A stretch of 60,607 nucleotides of DNA, counting the filler. It is 6 parts of 6 records of this genome, joined end to end, with 100 filler letters (N's around TTAATTAATTAA, not from the genome) between each part and the next. Parts side by side here need not be neighbours in the genome. Positions count along the whole stretch, not along the records: positions 11,467 to 20,308 come from DRR723986_6776; positions 20,409 to 35,950 come from DRR723986_6800; 4 more parts are not named here. One strand, written 5' to 3'. Shown piece after piece: positions 20,044 through 29,868 of this stretch. Numbering within the stretch: position 1 is the first letter of the stretch; every line of letters starts with the position of its first letter. The notes under the pieces are model-generated. The model ran no database searches, was not told where the DNA came from, and was given only the letters and a program-made list of their open reading frames with translations. The position numbers and the translations under genes were made by a program.

Positions 20044-20152
20044 TACAAGCTGTTAGCCCCAACGTTACCAGAGGGGCGAACTGCTTGTATTACTACAATA
20101 TTCGGCCCGTACAGCTCTTAGCCCCATAATTACCAGAGGGGCGAACTGCTGT
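20044..20152. repeat. Two tandem imperfect direct repeats, each a hairpin (36-nt core, 65-nt period)
   Basis: GCTGTTAGCCCCAACGTTACCAGAGGGGCGAACTGC (20049-20084) and GCTCTTAGCCCCATAATTACCAGAGGGGCGAACTGC (20114-20149), 32/36 identical. Confidence 0.85.
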
Positions 20153-20308
20153 TTGAGTTTGTCGGTAGCATTTGGCGAATTCGCCAAGATTTAGAGGATT
20201 TGGGCCGGCAGAATCGAAATTTAGTCTACCTGGATTCGGGATCACATATTCACAGAACTTCCAACTTATTCTAAATTCGACAATTACAAGGCAAAGCGGT
20301 TTTGCGGT

Positions 20309-20408
20309 NNNNNNNNNNNNNNNNNNNNNNNNNNNNNNNNNNNNNNNNNNNNTTAATTAATTAANNNNNNNNNNNNNNNNNNNNNNNNNNNNNNNNNNNN
20401 NNNNNNNN
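20309..20408. other. Artificial contig linker
   Basis: 44 N + TTAATTAATTAA + 44 N. Confidence 0.99.
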
Positions 20409-20675
20409 CTTGTCAGCCGTCAAACGCTTCAGCTCAACAGCCGTCGGAATCCGGACCTTCGCAATGATGTCAGACTCCTTCCAAAGGTCGTCTGCTGTGA
20501 GCACCACCCGCACGTTGGCGGCCTCGTAGTCCGCATCCGTAAATCCAGCCGCTTCACCCGCCCCGGATTCAACGCAGCATTCATAGCCGAGCTTCTGGAT
20601 CAAACGGGCAGAATCCGGGGTCATGGCGACGCGCGTTTCCCCCGCGGCCACCTCTTTGGGCACGCCAAATTTCAT
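20409..20675 (-). CDS. pntA: NAD(P) transhydrogenase subunit alpha, 5' part truncated at contig end
   Basis: MKFGVPKE...ETRVAMTP...VESGAGEAAGF.D..Y; GGAG RBS. Confidence 0.85.
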
Positions 20676-20693
20676 CGGTTATCTCCTGATATT

Positions 20694-22415
20694 TCAGTCT
20701 TCTGTTGCGTCCAGCGGTTGCAGGAAGTCGAAATCGCACCCGGCATCGGCCTGCAACACGGTTTCCGCATAGAGCCGGTCATAGCCGCGCCGCGCCTCTG
20801 GCGGGACGTTGACCGGCTGCCATTCAGCGCGCCGGCGGGCAAGCTCGTCTTCGTCCACCAGCAGCTCGATCGACTTCTCCGCCACCGACAACCGGATCCG
20901 GTCACCGTTCCTGACCAACGCCAGCGGCCCTCCTACGGACGCCTCGGGCGCCACATGCAGCACGATGGTGCCGAACGCAGTGCCCGACATGCGTGCGTCC
21001 GAGATACGAACCATGTCCTTGACGCCCTTGGAACTGAGCTTCTTCGGGATCGGAAGGTAGCCCGCCTCGGGCATGCCGGAGGCGCTTTTGGGACCCGCGT
21101 TCTGCAACACCATGAAGTCATCCTTCGTGATGTCGAGAACGGGGTCATCCACACGGTTCGCCAGGTCCTCCAGCGAGGTGAAGACGACCGCGCGACCCTC
21201 CTTCTCGAACAGGGTCGGATCGGCGGCGGAGCGCTTCAGGATCGCGCCACGCGGGGCGAGATTGCCGAAGAGTGCAACAAGGCCGCCCTGCGGTTCCAGT
21301 GGTGCTTCGGCCTTCGAAATGATCCGGTGATCGACATAGCCGGGGTCTTGTTCCAGCCGGTCGCCAAGGGTGGTGCCCGCAACGGTCAGCGTATCGAGAT
21401 GCAGCAGCGGCTTCAACTCTCGCAGCACAGCGCCCGCGCCACCGGCGAAGAAGAAATCCTCCATATAGTGCTGGCCAACCGGCTTGAGGTTGACCAGAAC
21501 CGGCGTCGTGTCGGACAGTTCGTTCAGACGTTTGAGCGAGATCTTGATGCCAAGACGGCCGGCCACCGCCGTCAGATGGATGATCGCATTGGTGGATCCG
21601 CCAATGGCCAGCAGCATCCTGAGCGCATTTTCGACGGATTTTTCGGTGATCACCTGGCTTGGGCGGATCGGGCTGTGGATCATCTGCGCCGCCGCCAGGC
21701 CCGAGGCTTCACCCGCGCGCAACCGGTCGGCATGAACCGCCGGGATCGCCGCCGTTCCGGGCAGCGACATGCCAAGCGTTTCCGAGATGCAGGCCATGGT
21801 GGACGCCGTGCCCATCACCGCGCAGGTGCCTGCCGTTGTGGCCAGCCGTCCCTCGATATCGCTGATCTGGGTCTGGTCGATCTCGCCCGCGCGGAACTTG
21901 CCCCAGAAGCGGCGGCAATCGGTGCAGGCGCCAAGCCGTTCTTCCTGATAGCGCGAGGTCATCATCGGCCCCGCCACCAGCTGGACCGCAGGCAGATCAG
22001 CAGAGGCCGCGCCCATCAGCTGCGCAGGCACTGTCTTGTCACAGCCACCGACCAGAACCACCGCATCCATCGGTTGCGCGCGGACCATTTCTTCGGTGTC
22101 CATCGACATCAGGTTGCGGAATTTCAGGCTGGTGGGGTTCAGAAACACCTCGCCAAGCGAGATCGTCGGAAATTCAATCGGCAGCCCGCCACCGAGCAGA
22201 ACACCGCGTTTGACCGCGTCGATCAGTTCGGGAAAGTGGCGATGGCAGTTGTTGAAGCCAGAAAAGCTGTTGGCGATGCCGACGATGGGCTTCTTCAGCA
22301 CCTCCTTGGAATAGCCCATAGAAGAGGCGAAGGAATTGCGCAAATAGACCGAGAAATCCCGGTCGCCGTAATTGGTCAGCCCACGGGCCAGGCCCTGATC
22401 CGTGTCGTCGTTCAT
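20694..22415 (-). CDS. IlvD/Edd-family [Fe-S] dehydratase (sugar-acid/dihydroxy-acid type)
   Basis: NNCH, GGCDKT, GTCAVMGTASTM, GGSTNA, SDARMSGT, HVAPEA. Confidence 0.92.
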   Translation of the reverse strand: MNDDTDQGLARGLTNYGDRDFSVYLRNSFASSMGYSKEVLKKPIVGIANSFSGFNNCHRHFPELIDAVKRGVLLGGGLPIEFPTISLGEVFLNPTSLKFRNLMSMDTEEMVRAQPMDAVVLVGGCDKTVPAQLMGAASADLPAVQLVAGPMMTSRYQEERLGACTDCRRFWGKFRAGEIDQTQISDIEGRLATTAGTCAVMGTASTMACISETLGMSLPGTAAIPAVHADRLRAGEASGLAAAQMIHSPIRPSQVITEKSVENALRMLLAIGGSTNAIIHLTAVAGRLGIKISLKRLNELSDTTPVLVNLKPVGQHYMEDFFFAGGAGAVLRELKPLLHLDTLTVAGTTLGDRLEQDPGYVDHRIISKAEAPLEPQGGLVALFGNLAPRGAILKRSAADPTLFEKEGRAVVFTSLEDLANRVDDPVLDITKDDFMVLQNAGPKSASGMPEAGYLPIPKKLSSKGVKDMVRISDARMSGTAFGTIVLHVAPEASVGGPLALVRNGDRIRLSVAEKSIELLVDEDELARRRAEWQPVNVPPEARRGYDRLYAETVLQADAGCDFDFLQPLDATED

Positions 22416-23875
22416 GCGCCCTGCTCCGACAGCTTGGTCTTGATGTATTTCGGGTTGAGGTAATCATGGATGCCAAGCGAACCGCCCTCGCGCCCCATGC
22501 CGCTTTCCTTGATGCCGCCAAACGGGGCCTCGGCGGTGGCCAGCAGCATCTCGTTCACGCCGACCATGCCAAGTTCCAGATCCTCTGAGGCGCGCGTGGC
22601 AAGGCCGAGGTCGTTGGAAAACACGTAGCCCGCCAACCCGAACGGCAGCGCATTGGCGCGGTCCATCACCTCGTCGTAGTCGGTGAAAGTGGTGATCGGG
22701 GCGATCGGGCCGAAGGGTTCCTCGTTCATGACCATGGCGCTATCGGGCACCCTTCCCAGAACCGTGGGTTCGAAGAAATAGCCTTGGTTGCGTCCCCCAG
22801 GCACTTTGCCTCCAGCCAGCAGATCGGCGCCCCTGGCAACCGCATCCTCGGTCATCTTGCGGATTGTCTCGACGCCACGGCGGTTGGCCATCGGGCCGAC
22901 CTGAACGCCCTCTTCCAGCCCGGTGCCGATCTTCAGCCCCTTGGCGATTTCTGCAAACCGGCCCGCGAATTCCTCGTAGCGGGTTTCATGGACATAGAAC
23001 CGGGTTGGCGAAATGCAGACCTGCCCGCAATTGCGGAATTTGGTGGGTGCGCAGATCTCAGCGGCCTGTACCGGGTCGAAATCCTTGAACACGACCACCG
23101 GGCCATGCCCGCCCAATTCCATCGAGACCTTTTTCACCCCTTCTGCCGCCAATGCGAGGATCTGTTTGCCGACCGGCACCGACCCGGTGACCGACACCTT
23201 CTTCACGATGGGGGACCGGATAAGCTGTTCCGCGATGGCACCGGAATTGCCGGTGACGAAATTGACCACGCCCGGCGGAATGCCCGCATCATGGCAGGCC
23301 TGCACCAGAGCCGCGCAAGAGGCGGGCGTTTCACCCGCCGGCTTGATAATGATGGAACAGCCCGCCCCAAGCGCCGCCGCAATCTTGCGGGCGGGCAGAA
23401 GCGCGGGGAAGTTCCACGCGGAAAACGCGGCAACCACGCCGACCGGCTGGTAGATCACCGACATGCGGCTGTCGGGCGTGCGCGCTTCGATGATCTGACC
23501 GTATAGGCGTTTGGTTTCCTCGGAATACCACTCGAACTGATCCGCCGCCGCGCCGGTTTCGCCAAGCGCCTCGGCCTTGGGCTTGCCGGTTTCCAGCGAC
23601 ATCAGCGTCGCGATCTGGTCGGCCCGTTCCCGGATCAGATCTGCCGCGCGCCGGATCTTGGCAGCACGATCCCAGGTGCCGGTGCGACGCCACTGTGCAA
23701 AACCTTCGCGTGCCGCGTCCAGCGCCGCGTTCACATCGGCCCCGGTCGCCATGGCGATGGTGCCAAGCGAGCCTTCGGTCGCAGGATCGGTTACCGGTTT
23801 GGTCTGGCCATCCGATGCGGGACGCCATTCCCCATTTATGTAGAGGTCGAGATCCTGATACATGATGTCCCTCAA
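22412..23875 (-). CDS. NAD(P)-dependent aldehyde dehydrogenase (GabD/semialdehyde dehydrogenase-like)
   Basis: AWNFP, TGSVPVGK, MELGGH, NCGQVC, EEPFGP, PFGGIKESG. Confidence 0.93.
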   Translation of the reverse strand: MRDIMYQDLDLYINGEWRPASDGQTKPVTDPATEGSLGTIAMATGADVNAALDAAREGFAQWRRTGTWDRAAKIRRAADLIRERADQIATLMSLETGKPKAEALGETGAAADQFEWYSEETKRLYGQIIEARTPDSRMSVIYQPVGVVAAFSAWNFPALLPARKIAAALGAGCSIIIKPAGETPASCAALVQACHDAGIPPGVVNFVTGNSGAIAEQLIRSPIVKKVSVTGSVPVGKQILALAAEGVKKVSMELGGHGPVVVFKDFDPVQAAEICAPTKFRNCGQVCISPTRFYVHETRYEEFAGRFAEIAKGLKIGTGLEEGVQVGPMANRRGVETIRKMTEDAVARGADLLAGGKVPGGRNQGYFFEPTVLGRVPDSAMVMNEEPFGPIAPITTFTDYDEVMDRANALPFGLAGYVFSNDLGLATRASEDLELGMVGVNEMLLATAEAPFGGIKESGMGREGGSLGIHDYLNPKYIKTKLSEQGA

Positions 23876-25752
23876 ATCTTCGAGTTCAGGTAAGCTGCCT
23901 GGACGTCATCCACCCAGTTGCCGACGTTCCAAGAGCCATAGGCCCCCATTGACGCCATCGGGTCGCGCCCCGCGTAAACGGGGATGTGAACCAGTGATAG
24001 CCCGTCATGGGAATAGGCGTTGTTCAGCGCGGCATTCAGGCTGGCCCTGGTCGTGCCCGCATAGACGGAATGCACGCCCGACACGGACCCGGCCAAGGTC
24101 GCATAGTCCACCGCGACCGAGTCGTTGGTTTTGAACTCGCGCCCATACTGATCGTATTGAAGCCCGGTGATCGCGGCCATCCGACGGTTGTCAAACAGCG
24201 CGATCATGCCGCGCAAACCATGTTCCACCGCGTCTATCAGGATCTGTGGGTTCATCATGAACGATCCGTCGCCGGTAAAGGCGATGCCGTAAGGCGCATC
24301 TGCCTCGCCTGCCAACCCAAGCAGGGCCGACCCGGCAAAGCCCATGAAACTGGCACCGGTTTCGGTGAAGGTCTGGCCCGGCATGTCATCCTCGACAATC
24401 TGAAAGCCATTGGCCTGCACATCGCCCGCGTCGAAGAACTTGATTGCACCCACCCGGTTTGCGAAGGACGAAACCGTGTGGATCGCGGCGGGTTGAGTCA
24501 GAACGGGGGTTTTCCAGACCTGATCCAGGATTGGCGCGGCCTCGGTGCGCGAGGTCTTGAACTTGGTCCATTCATCCTTCTTGGCCTCACAGCTGCGCAG
24601 CCAGTCGGTGCGCAGTTCCGCCCCAGTACCCTCATCCAGATAATCCAGCAGTTTGCCGATCACGGCACTGATGTCACCGGGAAGGCCCACGGTGTTGGCA
24701 TAATGGTCAAGATCGTCGAAATCACCGTTGATGTTGATGACTGCCTTGGCATTGGGATAGCCCGCGCCAGAACAATCGGCCTGGCACACGCCGCGGCTGC
24801 CGATGACGATGACCGCCTCGGCCTGTTCCATCGCGTGATTGCCGCTGATCGAGCCCTTGGACCCGCCCACATGCATGTTCTGTACATGGGCATCCATCAT
24901 CACACCCGTTGACCCGGGCGACAGGACGACCGGCGCGCCGATCCGGGTGGCCAGTTCTCTCAACGCCACATGATGCTTGCGGGTGCCGCCACCGGCCTTG
25001 ATCGTGACCTTTTCAACCGTGCGCAGGATTCCCGCCGCCTCGGCGAAGGCATCAGAGGTCGCGGGCACCAGCGGCGGTTTTACGCTCTGCCCCGGCAGGG
25101 TGCCGGTGTTGACTTTCATGCGCTCTGGCTGGGTGTTGATCGGCAGAAGGATGTAAAACGGCCCCGCCTTGTAGGGGTGGTGGACGCAGGCTGTGCCGCG
25201 CCGCAGGCATTCGCGCAGCGCGCCTGCCGTGTGCAACGTGTAGGACTGCCCCATCAACGCGCCCATCTTGCCGAAGATCCCCTGATCGGGCTTCGGCACC
25301 TGCTGCATGTTATATCCTTCACCGCGCGTCGTCTCGTCCCCGTAAATGTGATAGACACCGACCCCGTTCGACGCCGCCGCGAGAGAGCCCGCCATGGCCT
25401 GCAAGCCCCCCGGCCCGATGGACGTGACCACCGCAGGCGTCTTGCCTGTCACCCAGGCATGGGCGGTTGCGGCATGGGCCATTTCCACCTCGTTGCGACA
25501 GTTCACAACCTTCACGACGCCTTCCTCGTGGTAGATGCGCAGTATCTCTCCGAGATCGGTCGAGCCATGGCCGAAAATTGCATAATACTGTGTCACGCCC
25601 TGTTTCAGCAGCCCGACAATCAGCGCTTCCGACAGCGTCAGTTCGACGATGCCTCCGCCGAAGGTCGTATCCACATCGGTCTTGGCCAGCCGGGCGGCCC
25701 GAGCGCGAATTTCGCGGGCGACGGGATCGTTCATTTCGGTTTCATCAAGCAT
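23872..25752 (-). CDS. ThDP-dependent enzyme, IolD-like (cyclic 1,2-dione acylhydrolase family)
   Basis: LTLSEAL, AIFGHG, RNEVEMAHAA, TSIGPG N-terminal motifs as in IolD; ThDP motif GDGSFMM...FDN. Confidence 0.8.
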   Translation of the reverse strand: MLDETEMNDPVAREIRARAARLAKTDVDTTFGGGIVELTLSEALIVGLLKQGVTQYYAIFGHGSTDLGEILRIYHEEGVVKVVNCRNEVEMAHAATAHAWVTGKTPAVVTSIGPGGLQAMAGSLAAASNGVGVYHIYGDETTRGEGYNMQQVPKPDQGIFGKMGALMGQSYTLHTAGALRECLRRGTACVHHPYKAGPFYILLPINTQPERMKVNTGTLPGQSVKPPLVPATSDAFAEAAGILRTVEKVTIKAGGGTRKHHVALRELATRIGAPVVLSPGSTGVMMDAHVQNMHVGGSKGSISGNHAMEQAEAVIVIGSRGVCQADCSGAGYPNAKAVININGDFDDLDHYANTVGLPGDISAVIGKLLDYLDEGTGAELRTDWLRSCEAKKDEWTKFKTSRTEAAPILDQVWKTPVLTQPAAIHTVSSFANRVGAIKFFDAGDVQANGFQIVEDDMPGQTFTETGASFMGFAGSALLGLAGEADAPYGIAFTGDGSFMMNPQILIDAVEHGLRGMIALFDNRRMAAITGLQYDQYGREFKTNDSVAVDYATLAGSVSGVHSVYAGTTRASLNAALNNAYSHDGLSLVHIPVYAGRDPMASMGAYGSWNVGNWVDDVQAAYLNSKI

Positions 25753-27256
25753 CGGCTTTGACCTCGTTCTTGGGTTGTTTCTTGGCCTTGAACTCGCTCA
25801 CGGCCTGAAGACCGATCACCAGCAGGGCGAGAGAGAAGAAAATCAGCACTGTGGGCGAGGTGTAGAAGATTGCCGGATCGCCAACCGAAAGCATCATCGC
25901 TGTGCGGAACTCGTTTTCCAGCGTCGGCCCCAGAACCATGCCGAGGATGATCGGCGTGATGGGAACTCTGAACGATACCAGCACATAGGCCACGACCCCG
26001 ATCGCCCCCATGGCGTAGATGTCAAAGACACTGTTGCGGATCGAAAAGGCCCCGATGGCGCAAAGCACCAGCACCCCAACCGCCAGCAGTTCACGGGGGA
26101 TTTTCAGCACATGCACGAACAGGCGGATGCCCATCAGTTGCAGGCCAAGCACCCACAGATAAGCCAGCACCACGGCGACATACATGCCATAGACCTCACC
26201 CGCGTGGTTCATGAACAGCGCCGGGCCGGGGGTGATGCCGTGGATCATGAGACCGGCAAGCACGATGGCCGTTGCCGGATCGCCCGGAATGCCAAGCGAC
26301 AGCAGCGGGATCAGCGTGCCGCCCGTCACCGCGTTGTTGGCGGTCTCCGGGGCGACGACGCCCTCGATATTGCCCTTGCCGAAGGTTTCGGGCTTCTTCG
26401 AGAACCGCTTGGCGTGGTCATAGGCCAGGAAAGAGGCGATGGCGCCGCCTGTGCCGGGAATGGCGCCGATGCCGGTTCCCAGGATCGAACATTTTATCAT
26501 CAGCCAGAGATTCCGGCCAAGCAGGCGCAGCGACGGCAGTTCCGCCTTTACGCGGCTTATCCTTTGGGATTTTTCGGACATCGACGTCTTGACCGCGAAA
26601 GCCTCGATAATGAAGGGGACAGCGAACAGGCCGATCATGGCCACCAACAGATTCACCCCCTGCATCATGTTCACGCTGCCAAAGGTCATGCGCTGCACAC
26701 CGTCGATGGCGTCCAGCCCGATGGTCATGATCATCAGGCCAAGCACGCCGCTGATCAGCCCTTTGATCAGGGATCCGCCGCACAGGCCGCAGATCGTCGA
26801 CAGTCCGAACAGGACCAGCGCGAAAATCTCTGCCGGACCGAAGGAAATGGCAACGCGCGACACCAGATCGACCGAGACGATCATGACGATCAGGCTGAAG
26901 ATACCGCCAAAGACCGACACGATCACCGCCGTGCCAAGCGCGATGGACGCATTGCCCTGCTTGGTCATCGGATGGCCGTCCAGCACCGTGGCGGCGGCCG
27001 ATGGTGTGCCGGGAATGCCCAGAAGAATGGCCGAGACCGAGCCGCCGGTCATGCCGCCGATATAGGTGCCGAGCAGCAGGCCGATGGCAGGCACCGGGTC
27101 CATGCTGAAGGTGATCGGCAAGGCCAATGCCAGGGCGACGGTGAAGGTCAGCCCGGGGATTGATCCGAAGATCAAGCCGATCAACGACCCAAGACCGATA
27201 GAAGCGATGGCCATGGGCGTCATGGCGGACGCGAGGGCTTCCAGAAAGAGGTCCAT
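25745..27256 (-). CDS. tctA: Tripartite tricarboxylate transporter large permease (TctA family)
   Basis: GSIPGLT, GIPGTPSAAAT, APETANNA, LSLGIPGD; start placed at ATG 27256. Confidence 0.93.
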   Translation of the reverse strand: MDLFLEALASAMTPMAIASIGLGSLIGLIFGSIPGLTFTVALALALPITFSMDPVPAIGLLLGTYIGGMTGGSVSAILLGIPGTPSAAATVLDGHPMTKQGNASIALGTAVIVSVFGGIFSLIVMIVSVDLVSRVAISFGPAEIFALVLFGLSTICGLCGGSLIKGLISGVLGLMIMTIGLDAIDGVQRMTFGSVNMMQGVNLLVAMIGLFAVPFIIEAFAVKTSMSEKSQRISRVKAELPSLRLLGRNLWLMIKCSILGTGIGAIPGTGGAIASFLAYDHAKRFSKKPETFGKGNIEGVVAPETANNAVTGGTLIPLLSLGIPGDPATAIVLAGLMIHGITPGPALFMNHAGEVYGMYVAVVLAYLWVLGLQLMGIRLFVHVLKIPRELLAVGVLVLCAIGAFSIRNSVFDIYAMGAIGVVAYVLVSFRVPITPIILGMVLGPTLENEFRTAMMLSVGDPAIFYTSPTVLIFFSLALLVIGLQAVSEFKAKKQPKNEVKADA

Positions 27257-27261
27257 TGCGA

Positions 27262-27765
27262 TTATCCGATGTTGAACCAGGTGCCGTTGGCCAGGTAGAT
27301 TCCGAGCAACTTCTCGAAGAACAGCCAACAGCCAAGCGTCATGCCAAGCGTCATGCCGACGACCGTTTTCCACGATCTCAGGCGCAGGTGAATGAGCAGC
27401 ACGAAAAGGATGAGAACGGGTGTTGCGATCAGGAAGCCGAGTTTTTGTAGCAGAAACCCGTAAGCGGTGATCTCTATCCCAACAAGAACCATGGAGCCCC
27501 ACCGGGAAGTAGATTCCGCGTCCATTGCATCAACATCCCCGGCGCCCGCTGCACGGGTGGCATCCCGCTTCAGGACCAGCGTTCGGATCAGCAGCAGGAC
27601 GGCAAGCGAACCCATTATGATGCCAAGCACCATGGGGAAAGCCCTTGGGCCGATATCCCCATGGCCCCAGCCCGTCGGGATCGTATCAATGACCAACCAG
27701 GTCCATATCGCTGAGATAACCAGCAAGCTTACGCTCAGGGCTATGTCCCGCAGATTATACGTCAT
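27262..27765 (-). CDS. tctB: Tripartite tricarboxylate transporter small permease (TctB family)
   Basis: Four or more TM segments, GPRAFP and LGFLIAT; lies between tctC and tctA. Confidence 0.88.
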   Translation of the reverse strand: MTYNLRDIALSVSLLVISAIWTWLVIDTIPTGWGHGDIGPRAFPMVLGIIMGSLAVLLLIRTLVLKRDATRAAGAGDVDAMDAESTSRWGSMVLVGIEITAYGFLLQKLGFLIATPVLILFVLLIHLRLRSWKTVVGMTLGMTLGCWLFFEKLLGIYLANGTWFNIG

Positions 27766-27789
27766 TGATACGTCTCCCGTCGTGCAGGC

Positions 27790-28755
27790 TTATTGCGCCA
27801 TGCCGAGTTCGTTCAGCAGTGCGCCGTAGAAGGCATCGTCCTGCGCGATCAGCACGCCGAATTCTGCGGCAGGCATGAAGGCCGGAGTAAAGCCGATATT
27901 CTCGGACGCTTCCTGGAACGCATCGCTCATGACAGCGGCTTCAGCAGCGGCCTGAAGCATGGCAATCACATCGTCAGGGGTGCCAGCCGGGGCTGCAAGC
28001 CCGCGCCACATGGAAATGTCCACGTCATAGCCTTGCTCCATCGCGGTCGCGACATCGGGCAAAACGTTGACCCGCGTATCGCCAGTCACGGCCAAAACGT
28101 TCAGGTCGCCAGCCTCGACATAAGAGGCGAACTGCCCGGGCCACTGGATGGCGGCGTCGATCCGTTCCGCCAACAGCTCAACCGGCGCGCGGCCGTCGCC
28201 ATAGGCGATATAGGCAACCTGATCGCCGATCCCCAGCGCATCGAACAGCGCCGCAGAGGTCAGGTGAGTGAAGGACCCGCGCCCCGAAATGCCGACACGC
28301 AGCATGTCACCAGAGGCCTGGACGGCCTCGACCATGTCCGAGAGGTCTTCCCAACCGGTCGATGCATTCACCGCCAGCGCCGGAATCTCGGTTGAGACGC
28401 GGGCAATCGGGGCGAAGGATTCAAAGTCGAAGTCGATCCGGCCCATGTGGTGGCCGGTGTTGATGGAGTTGGAATTCCACACGATGTTGTAGCCATCCGC
28501 TGGCGTGTTCACCACGTAGGAATACCCAACCGCGCCGCCGCCGCCGGTCCGGCTGACGGGAACAATGGGCTGTTCCATTTCCTGCGACATCAGATCGCTG
28601 AGCAACTGCGCGATGGAGTTTGCCGTACCACCGAACAGAATGGTCATTTCCACCGGGCGTTCCGGATAGTCAGCCTGAGCAGCCCCGGCGAAACTCATCG
28701 CCGCGGCGGCCAGTATTCCGGTGGTGGCCCTACGCAATGTCTTGGTCGTTGTCAT
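27790..28755 (-). CDS. tctC: Tripartite tricarboxylate transporter substrate-binding protein (TctC/Bug family)
   Basis: Signal peptide AQA/DYPERP; GGGGAVG, PADGY, WRGLAAPAGTP. Confidence 0.9.
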   Translation of the reverse strand: MTTTKTLRRATTGILAAAAMSFAGAAQADYPERPVEMTILFGGTANSIAQLLSDLMSQEMEQPIVPVSRTGGGGAVGYSYVVNTPADGYNIVWNSNSINTGHHMGRIDFDFESFAPIARVSTEIPALAVNASTGWEDLSDMVEAVQASGDMLRVGISGRGSFTHLTSAALFDALGIGDQVAYIAYGDGRAPVELLAERIDAAIQWPGQFASYVEAGDLNVLAVTGDTRVNVLPDVATAMEQGYDVDISMWRGLAAPAGTPDDVIAMLQAAAEAAVMSDAFQEASENIGFTPAFMPAAEFGVLIAQDDAFYGALLNELGMAQ

Positions 28756-28815
28756 TGTCTTTCCTCCCAGTTGGTTGGTATTGAGCCCCCCTCCCCGGGG
28801 GTGCCAGAGTGTCTT

Positions 28816-29868
28816 TCAGAACCTGCCGCGATGCGCCTGCGCCCGATCCTGCCGCGCCGATTGGGCAATCAACTCGCGGCCCGGCGTGTGATTGCGCAGG
28901 GCGTCGAGGATCTTTTCCGGGGTCGCGGGCAGAGATTTGATGCGGACGCCGATGGCGTCGTAGATCGCGTTCATGATTGCAGGTGCGGTTGGCACCAGCG
29001 CCGGTTCTCCGATGCCCTTTGCCTGAAGCGGGCTGAGCGGGTCGGGGTCTTCGACGATGGTGCAATTGATCTGCGGGATGTCCAGCGAAGTCGGCAGGAT
29101 GTATTTCGCGAACCCGTGGGTCGTCGTATAGCCGTTCTCGGTCTGGTAGTCCTCCATCAGCGCCTGACCGAGGCCCTGCACCACACCACCTTCGATCTGG
29201 CCTTCGACGCCGCGCGGGTTGATCGCCCGGCCAACGTCATGGGCGGCCCAGATGCCAAGCACCTGCACCTCGCCGGTCCACGTATCGACCTCGACCTCGG
29301 CGATCTGGGTGCCAAAGACATAGGCCTGCCAGGGACTGCCGGACCCATCGACGGGATCAAGCCCAGTGCCATGCGCGGTGAACGAAGCCGATCCAACGGG
29401 CACCACACCGCGCGCCTTGCAGGTCTTGACCGCCTCTTCCATCGACATGCGCAGATTGGTGTCCTGCGCCCAGAGTTCGCGGTCGAAGGCCCGCAGGCTG
29501 TCGACCGGCACGTCCCAGTGATCGGCGATTTCGCGGAACAATTCCGCTCGCGCCTCGCGGGATGCCAGGGCCACGGAATTCCCGATCATGTAGGTCTGGC
29601 GCGTCGCCCCGGCATGGGCCGCCTCGGGCGAGCGCGAGGTGTCGTTGTCACCGATGGTCACATCCTCGGGGCGCACACCCAGTTCTTCGGCCGCGATCTG
29701 CGCCAGCACTGTCAGGATGCCCTCGCCGATCTCGGTCACGCCGGTGACGATCTTGGCGGTGCCGCCATCGTCCAGTTCGGCCCAGGCGCCGGCCCGGTCA
29801 ATGGTGGCGGTCCGGGCGATGCCGTACCAGCTGGACGCCATTCCGCGTCCGCGCATCTTGCGGTTCAT
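28816..29868 (-). CDS. Molybdenum hydroxylase Mo-binding subunit, C-terminal half (NdhM-like)
   Basis: RGRGMA...EIGEG...QIAAEELG, AHDVGRAINP, GQIEGG, KGIGE with catalytic Glu; own RBS and ATGA overlap with the upstream gene. Confidence 0.9.
   Translation of the reverse strand: MNRKMRGRGMASSWYGIARTATIDRAGAWAELDDGGTAKIVTGVTEIGEGILTVLAQIAAEELGVRPEDVTIGDNDTSRSPEAAHAGATRQTYMIGNSVALASREARAELFREIADHWDVPVDSLRAFDRELWAQDTNLRMSMEEAVKTCKARGVVPVGSASFTAHGTGLDPVDGSGSPWQAYVFGTQIAEVEVDTWTGEVQVLGIWAAHDVGRAINPRGVEGQIEGGVVQGLGQALMEDYQTENGYTTTHGFAKYILPTSLDIPQINCTIVEDPDPLSPLQAKGIGEPALVPTAPAIMNAIYDAIGVRIKSLPATPEKILDALRNHTPGRELIAQSARQDRAQAHRGRF

Noticed and set aside
20049-20149. Calling the twin repeat a CRISPR array
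   Set aside because: Only two imperfect units, no third copy at plus or minus 65 nt, no cas gene on the contig, and the flanks pair across the repeat; kept as an unexplained repeat
29865-29868. Frameshifted pseudogene of a single Mo subunit
   Set aside because: ATGA coupling, an RBS and intact motifs in both halves support two real genes
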